Of a DNA stretch of 64,000 nt, positions 26,841 to 40,165 are shown piece after piece. Each line of letters opens with the position of its first letter. The stretch's first letter is position 1. Made by a program: the position numbers and the translations under genes. Source of the DNA: Octopus vulgaris (taxonomy: Eukaryota). The stretch spans positions 61,194,001-61,258,000 of the forward strand of contig OX597816.1 of the NCBI GenBank assembly GCA_951406725.2, given 5' to 3'. Below the pieces are notes generated by a model. That model ran no database searches. It saw only the letters and a program-made list of their open reading frames with translations, and was not told the DNA's origin.

Positions 26841-27189
26841 ATTGGTGGTATCAGATTTTTGTATGATAATGTGATAGAATCCCAAAGCCGATTTAAATCC
26901 AGCAGTGGCTTTGGCTGTATCTTAGCTCATAGCATGGGCTTAGGAAAGACCATTCAACTCATTGGCTTCATTGATATATTTTTGCGTTTTACTGAGGCTC
27001 AATCTGTGCTTTGCATTGTCCCAATTAATACCATACAGAATTGGTTAGCTGAATTTAATATGTGGTTACCTGAAAAATCACCCGAGGACTCTGAAGATAA
27101 AGCTAATCTTGATGTCACAACTAGAAACTTCAAGCTATTTGTTATCAATGATAATCATAAAACAACTTTAGCTAGAGCAAAAATACTAG
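26841..27189 (+). CDS. RAD54L2: RAD54L2 exon 5 (Walker A and motif Ia)
   Basis: IGGIRFLYDN...GCILAHSMGLGKT...IVPINTIQNWLAEFNMW; tttcag acceptor and G|gtaagt donor. Confidence 0.96.
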
Positions 27190-29361
27190 GTAAGTAAATG
27201 TGACTTCTATTTGAAAAATAAATTTCTAATTATAGTGGAAAAGATTTTTGTAATAACTTTTTTTTTTTAGGTTTTAAAAAAAAAAGTCTTTGTCATAAGA
27301 GAAAGGGCATTATCCATGATTCCTTTTAGGACCTCTGTGACTAGTGGGAGGAAGGAAGAAATTTATTTTCAGATTAAGGACCTGATCTAACTGCTTGAAA
27401 CAGAATGGCATTTGTTAAAGACACCCAGAGGGCCAGGTGGTGGTGTTAAACTGAACAATGAATTATCTTTATCATTAAGTAACAGCCTGATTGAGTATAG
27501 AAATCTGTTTGAGGGCTTCTAGTTTCCAAACATTTTAGCATTTTAGTTTCCTAAGGCTTGTCAGGAGACTTAGCAAATGAAGCAACACTTTTATAAAGAC
27601 ATGTTATGAGAACAAACATAGGTTGTACAAAGCAAGCTCAACTGATATCTTTGGTTATACCATGTCAATGATGTATGATGCTGGAAATATTGGGGTAAGG
27701 TAGACTTTCTTAGTGAAGTATAGCCAATTTGAGGTTGTTGGAGTACAGAGTGGAGAAGGAAAATCTGTTTTTTTTTATTTTTAATACCTATTATTAAAGA
27801 AAAAATGAATTTTCAAATTTTAATGATTATCCTTTTATCATTAAAACTTGTCCTGTAAGGGTGTATATTAGCTGAAGTTCAAACCCCAACTTGCTTTTTA
27901 TCCTCTCAGAAATAATGAAATAAATACCAGTCAAGTACTGGTATCAATTTAATTGTGGTTTTGGTTGAACCTAGATCATCATTTTAAAAATAAAATCAGG
28001 TGTCTTGTTATTTCCTAGTTTCAGACATGGTTCGTTTGCAGTAAAGTTGAATGTTTTAGTTCTCTGAAATAATTCTAGTTAGAATTAGTTTACTGCTAGT
28101 TGATTTGGTGAGCCCAATTTATTGAACTATTTTTCTGTCTTTTACAAACATGATGAAATGTATAAGATCCACAATTAAATTAGCTACTTTATGTTACACA
28201 TCTTCCATGAAGACCACAATGTTTGTTGAAGCCCATTGATGACCATACAATATCAAGTGCTCGTATAAATTATGGTTATTCTTGATGTAATATTTTATAA
28301 TAGAATTGAAAGCTGTTCTGGAGAATGAATCAGTTCTGCTTCTATTTTTATAATATAATTGCTTAGTTGAGTGAGAGAAAAATTCCCAAGACTTGAGGCA
28401 GCCAGTTCTTAAGTTTTCAAATTAGGATGACTGAATGTACTAGTTACTTATTTGGTCATCTATACCCACAAATATGTCCAGATTTCCACATAAATTGTTC
28501 GTTATGTTTATGCCAATAAGAGAGCATCTACATGGTTGCACACAACCTGCTAAATGTTTCAAATCACATTCTTCCATCAAAAAGAAAGACACATTGAATA
28601 ATATAGACCTAAAAACATGTATTTAACCTTGACCTCAGTACACCAAGTGTATATAGGTTTCAACTGGAATGGCTTGGATCCTAAACCTGCAGGTTCAGAA
28701 TTAATTTGTGGTTAAACTATAACCTTTTCCTTTACATTTCTTTTATTTAGTAAATCTCTTTGTCACTATCTATAGTATATTTCTAGGAGATGAGAAAAGT
28801 TGGAGTAAGGCCATTAGTGTATTTTCCAACTTGGTTTACCAATCATGTAGATTAAAAGCAAATTTGATCCCTTAACAAGATCAAACTTATTTCTACACTT
28901 CACTCTTTGCCTTTCACTCTAGTATCAATAAAACAATTTCTAGGAGTTGTTGATTTCATTGATTTAAAAAAAAGGGGTTTTGTATCATCATCATCATCGT
29001 TTGTCTGCCTTCCATGCTGGCTATCTATGTAAAAAGTTGGAAATTTGATTGAGATATGTTGATTACAAAAATAATCTGGAAGACTTCAAAGAAAATTTCA
29101 GGAACAATCACACTGCATGTAGACTATTTTACATGTGAATAAATACAATATATGCAAATGTTTAGCCACTTCATTATTCCTATGTTTACATATATTGAAT
29201 TTAATCAAGTTTAACAGTTAGTTGAAATTACTGGTGTCTCAAACTTTTTAAAAAATCAAAAACATTTTTCTTGTTAATTACAGATCAACTTTACATTTAT
29301 GTTTGAATATTATCTGATTTTAATGCAAATTTTCATTAATTTTATCTTCTTTTTTTCCAAG

Positions 29362-29532
29362 ATGAATGGAGTCGTATAGGGGGAGTACTTTTGATGGGAT
29401 ATGAAATGTACAGATTATTGGTAACAAAAAAGTGCACTTTTGGTCCTCCTCCTTCTCGAAGGAAAAAGAAGAATAATGAACCAATTATTATAGATATTGA
29501 GGAAGAAGATATGAATAAAAAATTACATTTAG
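29362..29532 (+). CDS. RAD54L2: RAD54L2 exon 6
   Basis: EWSRIGGVLLMGYEMYRLL...PIIIDIEEED; ttccaag acceptor and G|gtaaga donor. Confidence 0.93.
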
Positions 29533-30542
29533 GTAAGATTATTTAAATTTGATGTTTTGCACATATATTTAGTTCTGTTTGCCATTTATTTAAATAGAAG
29601 GAAAACTAGATTGTATCCTGAAAAGCAGGAATATCAAAAGATGTAATGATAATTAATGAATATCAATTAGCAATACAATACTTATATGATAGTATTAGTG
29701 TGACTGTACATAAACCATAGTTTTTACATCCATTTTTCCATTCTGACATGGATCAGAATAATCTCATAGCATCTCACTCATTGTAGGCCTCGTCATCTGG
29801 CACCGACAGCATCAAAGATAATCAGACAACTCTGTACCTAATATCGGCCTTCCTAGATATACCATGTGACAACACATGGAGTTCATGTTCCCAATGTGTA
29901 TTCCATTTTTAGCATGGTTTCTAAAGTTAGGTGCTTTTCCTATTACTAACAATTTGACAACAACAAAGGATTTTAATTACTTCTTGTATATATTTCTGAC
30001 ATCAGTACTTCACAATTTTCTGCTGGCCGATAACTAAGTTTTGTTAAGTAACTATTCAAACATTAAAAGGAAGAAATTCATTCCTTTTTCTTTTGCTATT
30101 TTACTAATGTAAACTTTCTAAGCATCTTAAATAAATTTAGTTCTTAGATAAAAAAAAAAGGAATTTATTTATTTATTTGTTGCCTCATCATGCAGATAAT
30201 AAAAAACAACCATATATGGCATTTTGAGAAATGTACATTCTAAAGAATGTTATTGGGATTTCGTTTGAAGTTATATTTCGGTAAATTTTTCAGTGAAAAG
30301 TACTAATCTGATATGGTCTTTCTAGTCAGTATGAAGATTTGAGACATAAGTTGCAGAGAGACAAAAATTTGAGGCATGAATTGCAAAGAGACAAAAATAC
30401 AGAATTAATAAGGAATTTAAATAGAACAAAAAAAAAATCTGTGAAGTGTTCAGGAAATTGTGTTATGTTAAGAGGCCACTTTATGATATGAAGCTGTTTT
30501 TTGGAAGTTCTTTTGTAATTATAACTAAATTATATGTTCTAG

Positions 30543-30657
30543 GCATTCAAAAAGCACTTGTGAATCCTGGACCAGATTTGATTGTTTGTGATGAAGGCCA
30601 TCGCATAAAGAACAGTTTATCTGGAGTGGCTCAATCATTGAAGAACATTAAAACAAA
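30543..30657 (+). CDS. RAD54L2: RAD54L2 exon 7 (Walker B, DEGH)
   Basis: ALVNPGPDLIVCDEGHRIKN; ttctag acceptor and AA|gtgagt donor. Confidence 0.96.
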
Positions 30658-30816
30658 GTGAGTTTTATTTAATGTAAAAATTTTCAAATATGTATTTCGT
30701 TTCCATAAGTTTTTTTGTTAATTTCTGTTGATGAAATATTTAAAATTGTGCAATGTTGATGATTATTGTCAGTAAAACTGTTCAATTATTGGAAGTGATG
30801 GGGGTTATTTTGTTAT

Positions 30817-30907
30817 ATTTTTCTCATTATTTTGATAGCATCAATTTTTCTCATTATTATTTTGATAGTATCAATTTTTCTCATTATTATTTTGATAGTA
30901 TCAATTT
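30817..30907. repeat. 30-bp tandem repeat, about 3 copies
   Basis: Unit tcaatttttctcattattattttgatagta. Confidence 0.9.
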
Positions 30908-31267
30908 CTTTTTCAAGTTAGCATAAGTTGAGCTAGTTTTATTTGGTATCTCTTGTCTCCAATTTCAGTGATTTATTTATAAGAATTAGTATTGGCCTTA
31001 CTTTATGTCATCCTTAGCTTACATTTACTTTGTGCACCAATGAATCCTATCTTATGAAGATTTTTCAATTATATTGCCTGATTAAAAAAAAAAATTGTTT
31101 TGTTTTTTTCTCTACCTAGTTCTTCTCTCACCCTCAATCTCTCAATTAAGGCTGTTTTCTTAATCTGAATTATCTTGAACTTTATACAATTGCTTGCTCA
31201 GGCACATTTTATTCCTAGGCAAGTTAAGTAAGGTTTTGGTGGGGAAGCATTGTGTTATATACCACTA

Positions 31268-32012
31268 TCATCAACATCATCATTGTTTAACATCCGCTTT
31301 CCATCCTAGCATGGGTTGGACGATTTTGACTGGGGGCTGGCGAACCAGATGGCTGCACCAGGCTCCAATCTTGATTTGGCAGAGTTTCTACAGCTGGATG
31401 CCCTTCCTAACGCCAACCACTCTGAGAGTGTAGTAGGTGCATTTTACGTGCCACCGGCACGGGGGCCAGTCAGGTGGTACTGGCAACCACCTCGCTTGAA
31501 TCTTTTTACACCTGCCACCAGCACAGGTGCCAGTAAGGCAACGTTGGTAACGATCATGCTCAAATGGTACCCTTTTACGTGCCACTGGCACGGAAGCCAG
31601 TTGGCTGCTCTGGCAATGATCATGCTCGGATGGTGCTCTTGGCACTCTACTAGCACAGGCACAAGTGCCAGTAAGGCGATGCTGGTAACGATCACGCTCG
31701 AATGGTGCTTTTTATGTGCCACTGGCACAGAAGCCAGTTAGCCACTCTGTCAACGATCACGCTCGTATGGTGCTCTTTGCACCCTGCTAGTACGGATGCC
31801 AGTCATCGAATGTGATTTTGATTTTGATTTCACTTGCCTCAACAGGTCTTTGCAAGCAGAGTTTAGTGTCCAAGGAAGGAAAAGGTATGCATAAGTGGGC
31901 TGGTTACGCTCCTGGCATGGGCCACAGGTTATGGTCTCGTTTGGCTTGCCAGGTCTTCGCAAGCACAGCATAATTCCAAAAGTCTTGGTCGCTAGAACAT
32001 TAGGTCTCACTG
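31268..32012 (-). mobile_element. 5-prime-truncated RTE LINE (ORF end plus 3-prime UTR)
   Basis: Reverse complement of about 41640-42274. Confidence 0.88.
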
Positions 32013-32374
32013 AGGAAATGACAAGGAGGAGGAAATGAGGAAATATAGTAATGATTAAATGAATTCTTTAGTTTATTACTTTTCCAATTCGTTAAATGCC
32101 ATGAATATATACAGTTAATTATTTTCTTCAAGTATTCCAATTCTCTCAAACTCTCACTACACATTTTATTAATAGGATCTTTCGTAATGTAGAATTCACA
32201 GTGTACATTCACCTGCTTTATTACTAGTTATAGAAGACTTTCTGCCTAAACTATTTTGGAGAGAAAAACCACATTGTTGTCAGTAAAGGAAAATCATTTT
32301 TGTGTTTGATAATTTAATCTTACAAATTAGATCTTTTAGCTAATGTTATTTTCAAAACAATTTTTTTTTTCAAG

Positions 32375-32602
32375 GAGAAGAATTGTACTAACTGGTTACC
32401 CGCTACAGAATAATTTATTGGAGTATTGGTGCATGGTTGACTTTGTGAGACCTAACTATTTAGGTACAAAAGCAGAATTTTGTAACATGTTTGAACGACC
32501 CATCATGAATGGTCAATGTGTTGACAGTACACGTGAGGATGTCACTTTAATGAGGTACAGAGCCCATGTTCTTCACAGTTTGTTGCAAGGATTTATTCAG
32601 AG
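32375..32602 (+). CDS. RAD54L2: RAD54L2 exon 8 (motif III)
   Basis: [30 protein letters not shown]...FIQR; tcaag acceptor and AG|gtaaga donor. Confidence 0.96.
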
Positions 32603-33788
32603 GTAAGAAATATTTTGAATTTTTACTTTTAATAAAGCAAGTGGATGACAATTGATAGATTACCAAATATAACATTTTTAATGTTTCGAATTAACCCTTT
32701 TGTTACCATCTTTCTGTTGAGGTACTATGTGTTTCTTTCAATTAATTTTAAATATAACAAAGAATTTAGTAAAATAACTAAGTTATTATTAAGCTAGTGT
32801 TCGGAACATAAATTGTGACTAAGGTTTGGTGGAAGATTTTGATTCAGAACTTTTGATAACAAGATATTTGTACTACAGAGCCAGGGGTGGTTTCAAGCAA
32901 GGTGGTATCAAATGGGTTAAATTCCAACTAGGTTTGACTTTGTCTTTCATCCTTTTGAAGTTGATAAGCACTGGTCAAATACTGGTTTTAATAGACTACA
33001 TTTCTCTCTCAAATTTCTGACCTTGTGCCTAAGAAATAATATTTAAGCAAAGTAAATAAGACAAATGGAAGTATGCTTAACAGTGATCAGTTTCATCCTA
33101 CTTTTGCTCTTTTAAATACCACTGAGCTCCACCTTCGCTTTTTAACATCTAGGGTTAATGAAACAAGTCTAGTAGTTTTTGTTGGGGTCACTTCAGTTAC
33201 CCATATACTAGTCTCCTATAAAAATTGGCTATATATTAAGGAAAAATTTTCTAAAAATAAAATTTTTTTCATGTATTTAAATCTTACTAACATGAATTTA
33301 TTATGGTCTGTGCACTGCACATTGACACATTATTTCCTGGCCTTATTTGATTTAACTGTTAACATGTCTCATTTATGTTCTACTTTGTAAATGAATAATT
33401 AACAATAGAATGAACATGCATCTGTATAAAAGAATTGCTTTATTGTTATGTAATATTCTTACTAACCTGGGAAAATGATTACGAAACTTTGCAAATAATA
33501 CTTTTGATTATCACAAAGTTATGAATTTCACTTAACAGTATGGAATATAGAAAAAACAAATTCTGTATTTTGGGTCTTAACAAACCAAACCAAATGATGA
33601 ACTAAAAACTGTTATGACATGTGCAATATAGCAAAATGGGCAAGTTATGACATTGACATCAAACAATAAACTGACAGATGTATATTTCCTGACAATTGTA
33701 GCTATGAGTGCCTTATGCTCGCCACCACACTTTTATCTCTCTATTTATTTGCACATGTCAAAACGATTTAGATGTTGTTTAATGTTAA

Positions 33789-34865
33789 CCCTTTCATTAC
33801 TATATTTCTGACCAAATTACACCCCTTATGTGTTTCAATTAATTTCTAATGTAATCATAAATTTAGTCTGGTTTCATTAAACAACTATAACTTTTTTATT
33901 TATCGATATATTAATCTGATTTTTGGAAGATAATTTAATGAAATATTCTCAACCAATTCTATACTATAATTTTTGTCACAAAGTGACTCTATTTGCAGGT
34001 AGATACAGGTAAATTCCACAAAATATAAAATTATTAAAATTTTGTTCAAACATCGCTATAGAAAATATTAGCTAATATTCAATTGGGTATACAACAAAAT
34101 TTTACGATAGAATTTGTTATTCTGGGTAACTTTCTGATACCCATAATAATATTTATGGCAAAATAGGCCTTAATTTCATTTAAGGTTGTGGGAAATAACA
34201 AACTATCCTTTCTTTCGTTTTGTTTACGTTTAGCGTAACGGTTCGTTTTCGCTGTAATGATTTCAAATAGGCTCATTCGAAAAAGTAAATAGAAATAGTC
34301 TAAGGCTTTACCCTTCTGGGAAAGTCTGTGGCTTGGTCCAGTTTCTGCAGAAAAATCACCGAAAGAAACAGTTTTTAAATTTTCACTCCATTCAGGTGCC
34401 AATTCGTTTTCTTTATCGCTATCGGAGATCTCAGATTCACTGTTTTCACTTTCGGAAAATGAAACATCAAATTCATTATCAAATACCATGTGCTTTTTTT
34501 TTTCAGTCATAGTTAGATTTATGGTCTTCAGTAGAAAATCCTTCGAATTCTGACTCGCTGCTTGATATAATGAAATTCGTATCCATTTTTTGTCAGAATT
34601 ACAAATTTTGAAAACACAATAGGAACAAATTTCGGAAAAAAATCTCCCAAAATTCACGGAATTAAAATTACACTTCGATTATTGTACAAAACTGTAGTTG
34701 AACTGTTTACGAAGTATAATACGTGTTTTCACGAATGTACTGAAGAGATTTGCTCCGATATTCTCATTTAAATATGAATAGGTAAATTCGGGCGGCTTTG
34801 GGCGGTTTGGTTTCATAAACCAAAATTTTTTTCGGGCGGCTTTGGGCGGTTTGGTAACGAAAGGG
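33789..34865 (-). mobile_element. piggyBac deletion derivative, copy 2 (inverted relative to 7667-8689)
   Basis: TTAA at both ends. ORF 34079-34657 carries a piggyBac-like acidic N-terminus and YFYLLF...TNRYA...TTLNEIKAYFAINIIMG. Confidence 0.9.
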
Positions 34866-36034
34866 TTAATATTTCATTTTGTAATTTTTACTTCCTGATT
34901 TAGTTTTGTTATATTTCATCTTAAATTTCTAAATTGTTAAATGACTTTCCATCCTCTCAGAAATAATAAAATAATTACCAGTCAAGTACTGGTAACCTAA
35001 GCTATATGACTATGCTTTTACTAAACTACAAGTTCTAGATTAATTTTCTTTTTTCTTTTTGTTATTTTTAGATATCACATTTTACTTTTAATTCCTATTT
35101 TTACTTAGCTGATAATTTTTTTATAACTGCCAGGTGGACTCTGGTTAAGTAATTAAACATTTTTATTAGAATGTTAGTGATATACTTTTCATTAACACTA
35201 TTATAGCATAATAGTTGTTAACGTTCTTAAAATATAAAAATAAACAAGAATTTAGGAGAATTTATTAGCGAAAATAAAATGAAAAGAGGGAAGCAATGAC
35301 AAGTGATCGAGACCTTTGGCAATTTGTTGTGCTTGAGAAGACACATCAAGCCAAGTGAAATTGTAGTTGTGGTAAGTGTCGGTGACACATAAAAGGTACC
35401 CATGCTGGTGACATGTAGCGTGGTTGATATTAGGAAAGGCTTCCAACTATAGAAACCAAGCCAAACTAAACTTGAGCCTGGCACAGCTCTCTGGCTGACC
35501 AGTTCCAGTCAAACTGTGTAACCCATGCCAGCATGGAAAACGGGTGCAAAATGATGATGAAATCTCTCAAAGTAGCATTACTCTTTGATAGGAACTCATA
35601 AAATATTCTGTGTTCATACATATTTTTTTAATGTTTAGTGAGGAAGCCTGAGATTAGGATAATTTTATGAGGATACTTGAGTTGTTTGTGGTTTGTTTCC
35701 ATGCTACTTGCTTGTAAATAAAAGTGAATGTTATAGCTATGATTGGTTCTTGTGTTTGTGATGCTGTGAGTTATCTTAGTTACCTAGAGACTGGATCCAA
35801 ATTGTAATTGCAACCAAGTGGACTTTTTTAATGTGAGGTTAAACTGTAGAGGATTAATTCTATTACCCAAATTGAGTCATTGAAAAAATATGAAGCATCA
35901 TATGTGAGTGCTGTATGTGCAATAGCAATATTGAATACATGGATAAGCATCATTAAAAAATGATTATCAAATCTACTTTCTTATTTTTTTGTTTTTGTAA
36001 ATTAATTTACTTCACATTCTTTTCATTTTAACAG

Positions 36035-36212
36035 GAGAGGCCATTCAGTCCTTCAGTTTAGTTTGCCCCCGAAACAAGAACATGTCTTTACTATCCGAAT
36101 GTCAAATATCCAAAGACAACTTTACAAGAAATTTATGGACTGCATTTCAGATTGTGAAATGGGAATGTGGGCAAGCTACAATCCCTTGAAAGCTTTCTCT
36201 ACATGTTGTAAG
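36035..36212 (+). CDS. RAD54L2: RAD54L2 exon 9
   Basis: RGHSVLQFSLPPKQEHVFTIRMSNIQRQLY...NPLKAFSTCCK; aacag acceptor and AAG|gtaatt donor. Confidence 0.94.
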
Positions 36213-36522
36213 GTAATTAATTTTCTGTAAAAACAATATTTATTTTATGACTTGCATTTGTCTGGCAAGTGAAAAATGTTTGCTTTTGCATTTTATAAAT
36301 TATAAGAAACTCTTCCTGGATTATCATTATTAAATTATGAAAAAACCTGAAATATCTTACATTAATTTGCTATAGAATTATATGTACATTTTTAAAAAAT
36401 AACTCTTTTTTTTTCGTTTGCTAAATTTAGAATATTGCATCTGAATTAATTATTGAATATTTTAAATCTGATTTTAATATAGTCTTTCAAAAAAAAGTAT
36501 TAATATCTATTGTCAAATTCAG

Positions 36523-38208
36523 ATTTGGAACCATCCAGATGTTATGTGGAAAATTATACAACATCAGAAAACTCTTCTTGAAGACAATGACTTGGATTTT
36601 GAACCTGATGGAAAAGTTAATGGTGTTCAGTCAGGTGGTAAAAAGAAAAACAAAACTATTGGCAACTCTACTCGTATGAATGCAAATACAAAGAAAAAAA
36701 TACTTCCTGAACCTATTAATATGAAAAATAATGCTCATAAGTGTTGCAGCAACAACAGATCAAATACAAGTGACAATTTGAACCTTGGTTTTCAACCAAA
36801 AGGAATGGGAATGAATAGTTGTAGTGGATCAAGGGACAACAGTTGTTGTAATTATAATTTAGGCCAGGATCTAGGGCTTTGCTGTAATTCTGGAATGCAA
36901 TCATGTAACAGTCCTGGGATGAATAATACACCTAGTGGTAATAATACTTGTAATGATAACAGCCTTGAACAGAACATGAATTTTATGAGTTCTAAGATGA
37001 GCAATATGAAGGACAATAATAACCAGTTGAGTGCTTCCTACTTAAGTTCAACTTGCCATAAGGATTCTAACAGTGGTATAAGTACCATTAACCAAGGTTG
37101 TCATATAAATAATGAACCTAGAGGAGATATGGTAAGAAACCTGGAGCCAGGAGAATGCATGACTAGAAACGAGTCCAGTCAGAATAATTGCATTAATAAT
37201 GACCACATGATTCCTGGTAGTCATATTGGTATGAATGCAAGTTGTGATCAAACTAATACAAGGCATCTAATGGACAGTGGAAGTATGAACAGTGAAAATC
37301 ATATTGGGTCTTTAGGTTATTTGAATACACATTCAAATAGTGATGCTCATGGTTGTTTGAATGCAAGTAGACATAATGATGTTAACAATGTTATGAATGC
37401 TAATGACCAAATGAATTTAAACTATGGTTTGAATTCTGGAAGCCATATGAGTGGCAATAGTATGAACATGGTTAGTAGAGATGTAATAAATTCCAATTGT
37501 GCCATTGGTGATTCTAGCAATTTAAATTCTTGCCCTCCTAGTGGTTTGAATTTTGGCAATCAGTCTCATTGTTATGATGCCACAAATAGCAATCATAACA
37601 TGGGCCTTTCCAGCTTGAAGTCTTGTGCAGCAAATACAAATAATCACTTGGGTGGTGGTAGTAGTATGAACTACATGAGCCATTTGGGACCTAATATCAC
37701 TGCTGGTTGTTCCTTGACAAATGATACCATGAAAAATATAAACATTGATAGCTGTGAACAAATAACAGACATAAAAAGTAATGTCACCTGCCAAATGAAT
37801 AACATGAATATAAATCCTTGTCAAATGAACAGTGATAACCAGAGTCATTTGAACAGTAACAACACCCTTGGTATGGGTAACATGCTGCTGAGCAATACGA
37901 ATCAGAACAATCAGGAATCAAAAGACGACTACAGCAGAGATATCGGTAGTCACATAACTCCCAACACTGGTTTGAATAGTTGTAGTAACAACACCCAGTT
38001 AAACACAACTGCTAAAGATTGTAAAAATGTAAATATGTGCAACAAAGTTTCCCAGAACATGAATATGCAGAGCACAAATATGTTTGGTGGCAGCAACTCA
38101 ACTGCTGGTGCTCATGTGTGCAACCAAAGTGGAACACAAGGAAATATACCTACTACAACTTCAACAACAGAGAAGAAGTTAGACAGCAATGTCCTTTCTT
38201 TAGACTGG
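36523..38208 (+). CDS. RAD54L2: RAD54L2 exon 10, 1686 nt: conserved IWNHPD start followed by a long Asn/Ser/Met/Cys-rich insertion
   Basis: ttcag|ATTTGGAACCATCCAGAT at the start, 562 uninterrupted codons, and LSLDW|gtaagt at the end. Phase 0 on both sides. Confidence 0.88.
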
Positions 38209-40165
38209 GTAAGTATATAAATATATGTATGTATAGAGTGTTTGAAGTGGTGTACAGATATTGTATTTTAAGAAGAAGGAGGCAGTCAGAATTTTGGATA
38301 ATTCTTTATTAGCGCTTTTATCTGTTCAGTGGAACTCTTCAGATATGATGCACAGAAAAATTCTTCAGCCTTATATACAAATCGAAAAAAGAATATTGTT
38401 TTGTTTTGTTTAGATGAAGAGGAAGGAAGGGAGGAGGGGGATGAAGACAGAGAGAAACGAAAGTAAAAGAAATCCTGTATCTTGGAGGATGGTCTTTGAC
38501 TAACATGTGGTTGATGCTAAATATATGTATATACAAATAGCAAAAGTAACTAATATGATCAGTAGAGCATCTCACAAAATACGTTGTGGTCTTATTTGTT
38601 TATGTCCATTTATATTCTGAGTTCAGATTTGACCTTGATTCACTTTGACTTTCACGCTCCAGGGTTGAGAAATGAAGTACTGGGGTTGATGTAATCAGCT
38701 ATACTCTAGAAGTGGTGTGGAAATACGACTACAGTTCAGTGACTGAAACCTTGAAAAAATATTTTCCTGAACTGGGAATCCATAGATGAGTCTGTGGTTT
38801 CTCACTCTGGACGAAACAGCTGGTCACTGTGAACCATTCAATTCTTTGAGCAAATCTTAACTCTATAAATCCTCTTTCTTAGTATTAGTACACAAGTACG
38901 CCCAAATTAGTAGTGTTTAAAGTAGAATGCTATTACAAAATGTGACTCGAATAAGATATTGTTTCAGCTAAACCCCAAGTTTAACTTGGCGTTTTTCTTA
39001 ATGTGTTTTCTAAAAGAATTAACCTCGTGCAGCATGTTTTGATATTTTGACTTATGTTGCTTTAAATTGATTTTGATTGTTATTAGATGGGTACCTAATT
39101 CAGATTTAATTTGAACCAGGAGTCTATTTTTCAACACTTTGATATTCAAGCCAGCTGAATCCGGCCCAAATATTTTTTTTGTTTAAACCGGCCAGATCCA
39201 GCTTCTCACACATCACATCATTAAAGTCTCGAAGCTACAAGACAGTACATGATGAATTCAAAACAATGGGAATAAATAAACATTACATTTAACAGAATAA
39301 TCTGTATACTAAATGGTTAGAGTGATAATGCTCTTAACTTCTAGATCACCATTGCTGATACATTTTTAGGTTACTTACCTTTACATTTCTCTTTTAGTGA
39401 AAGCAACCATATTGAGCTGACATCAGCAATGGGCTTTCGATAGGCTTATCAGCAAATATTATATATACTGTCATCATCATCATCATCATCATCATATTCC
39501 ATGCTAGCATAGACTGAATGATTTGACAGGATCTGATTGGTCTGAGGACTGTGCCATGCTTCAGTCTCTGCTTTTGGCATTGTTTCTATAACTGGATGCT
39601 CTTCCTAACACCAGCCATTTTATAGCATGTACTGGGTGGGTTTCTTTATGGCACCAGCACTTGTATGGTTGTCAAGCGGTTTGCAAGAATAAGTGCCCTT
39701 TCTACTGAGTGGAGCTACTGAGGTGAGTGAGATTGTTTTATGCTGGTCACTGAGATGTTGAAGTAAGAGAGGAACTGGTCTCTTGCTGTAGAGGTGCTGT
39801 GTGCCTGCTGACAATATAGAAGAGAAAGTAAGAGTGACTGGAGTGGAGTGGGAAAGAGATAAAAACAGTGGTGATGAGGTATTAAGGCGGACCCTCAATG
39901 TAAGGGATGAGTAGGAGTGAGCGAGGGAATAGAATAGGGAGTGTTAGTTGGTAGAGGTTGCCCTAGTGTATGGGATTCAGAGATGGTTGGAGATGGGGAA
40001 TGAGTGAGGAAATGAGGATAATGACTGAAGACAAATGATAGACTCTGTCCTTGATTTTTCTCAGTTTACAATGTGGTTGTCTATCAGTTATCAAAATTTG
40101 ATTCCATAGTGGTATATAATTTCTTTTCTCACTCTTGAAGATTTATGAGCTTATTAACAGACAAT

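Noticed and set aside
30817-30907. CRISPR-like 30-bp repeats
   Set aside because: Head-to-tail with no spacers, in a eukaryotic intron, with no cas genes.
34079-34657. Domesticated PGBD gene
   Set aside because: It is only an N-terminal fragment within TTAA-flanked TIRs, with the catalytic domain deleted.
36544-38220. Independent 558-aa gene, or a reflectin-like protein
   Set aside because: It is bounded by splice sites in frame with helicase exons, and it lacks the Tyr/Arg richness and M/FD-X5-MD-X5-MD motifs of reflectins.
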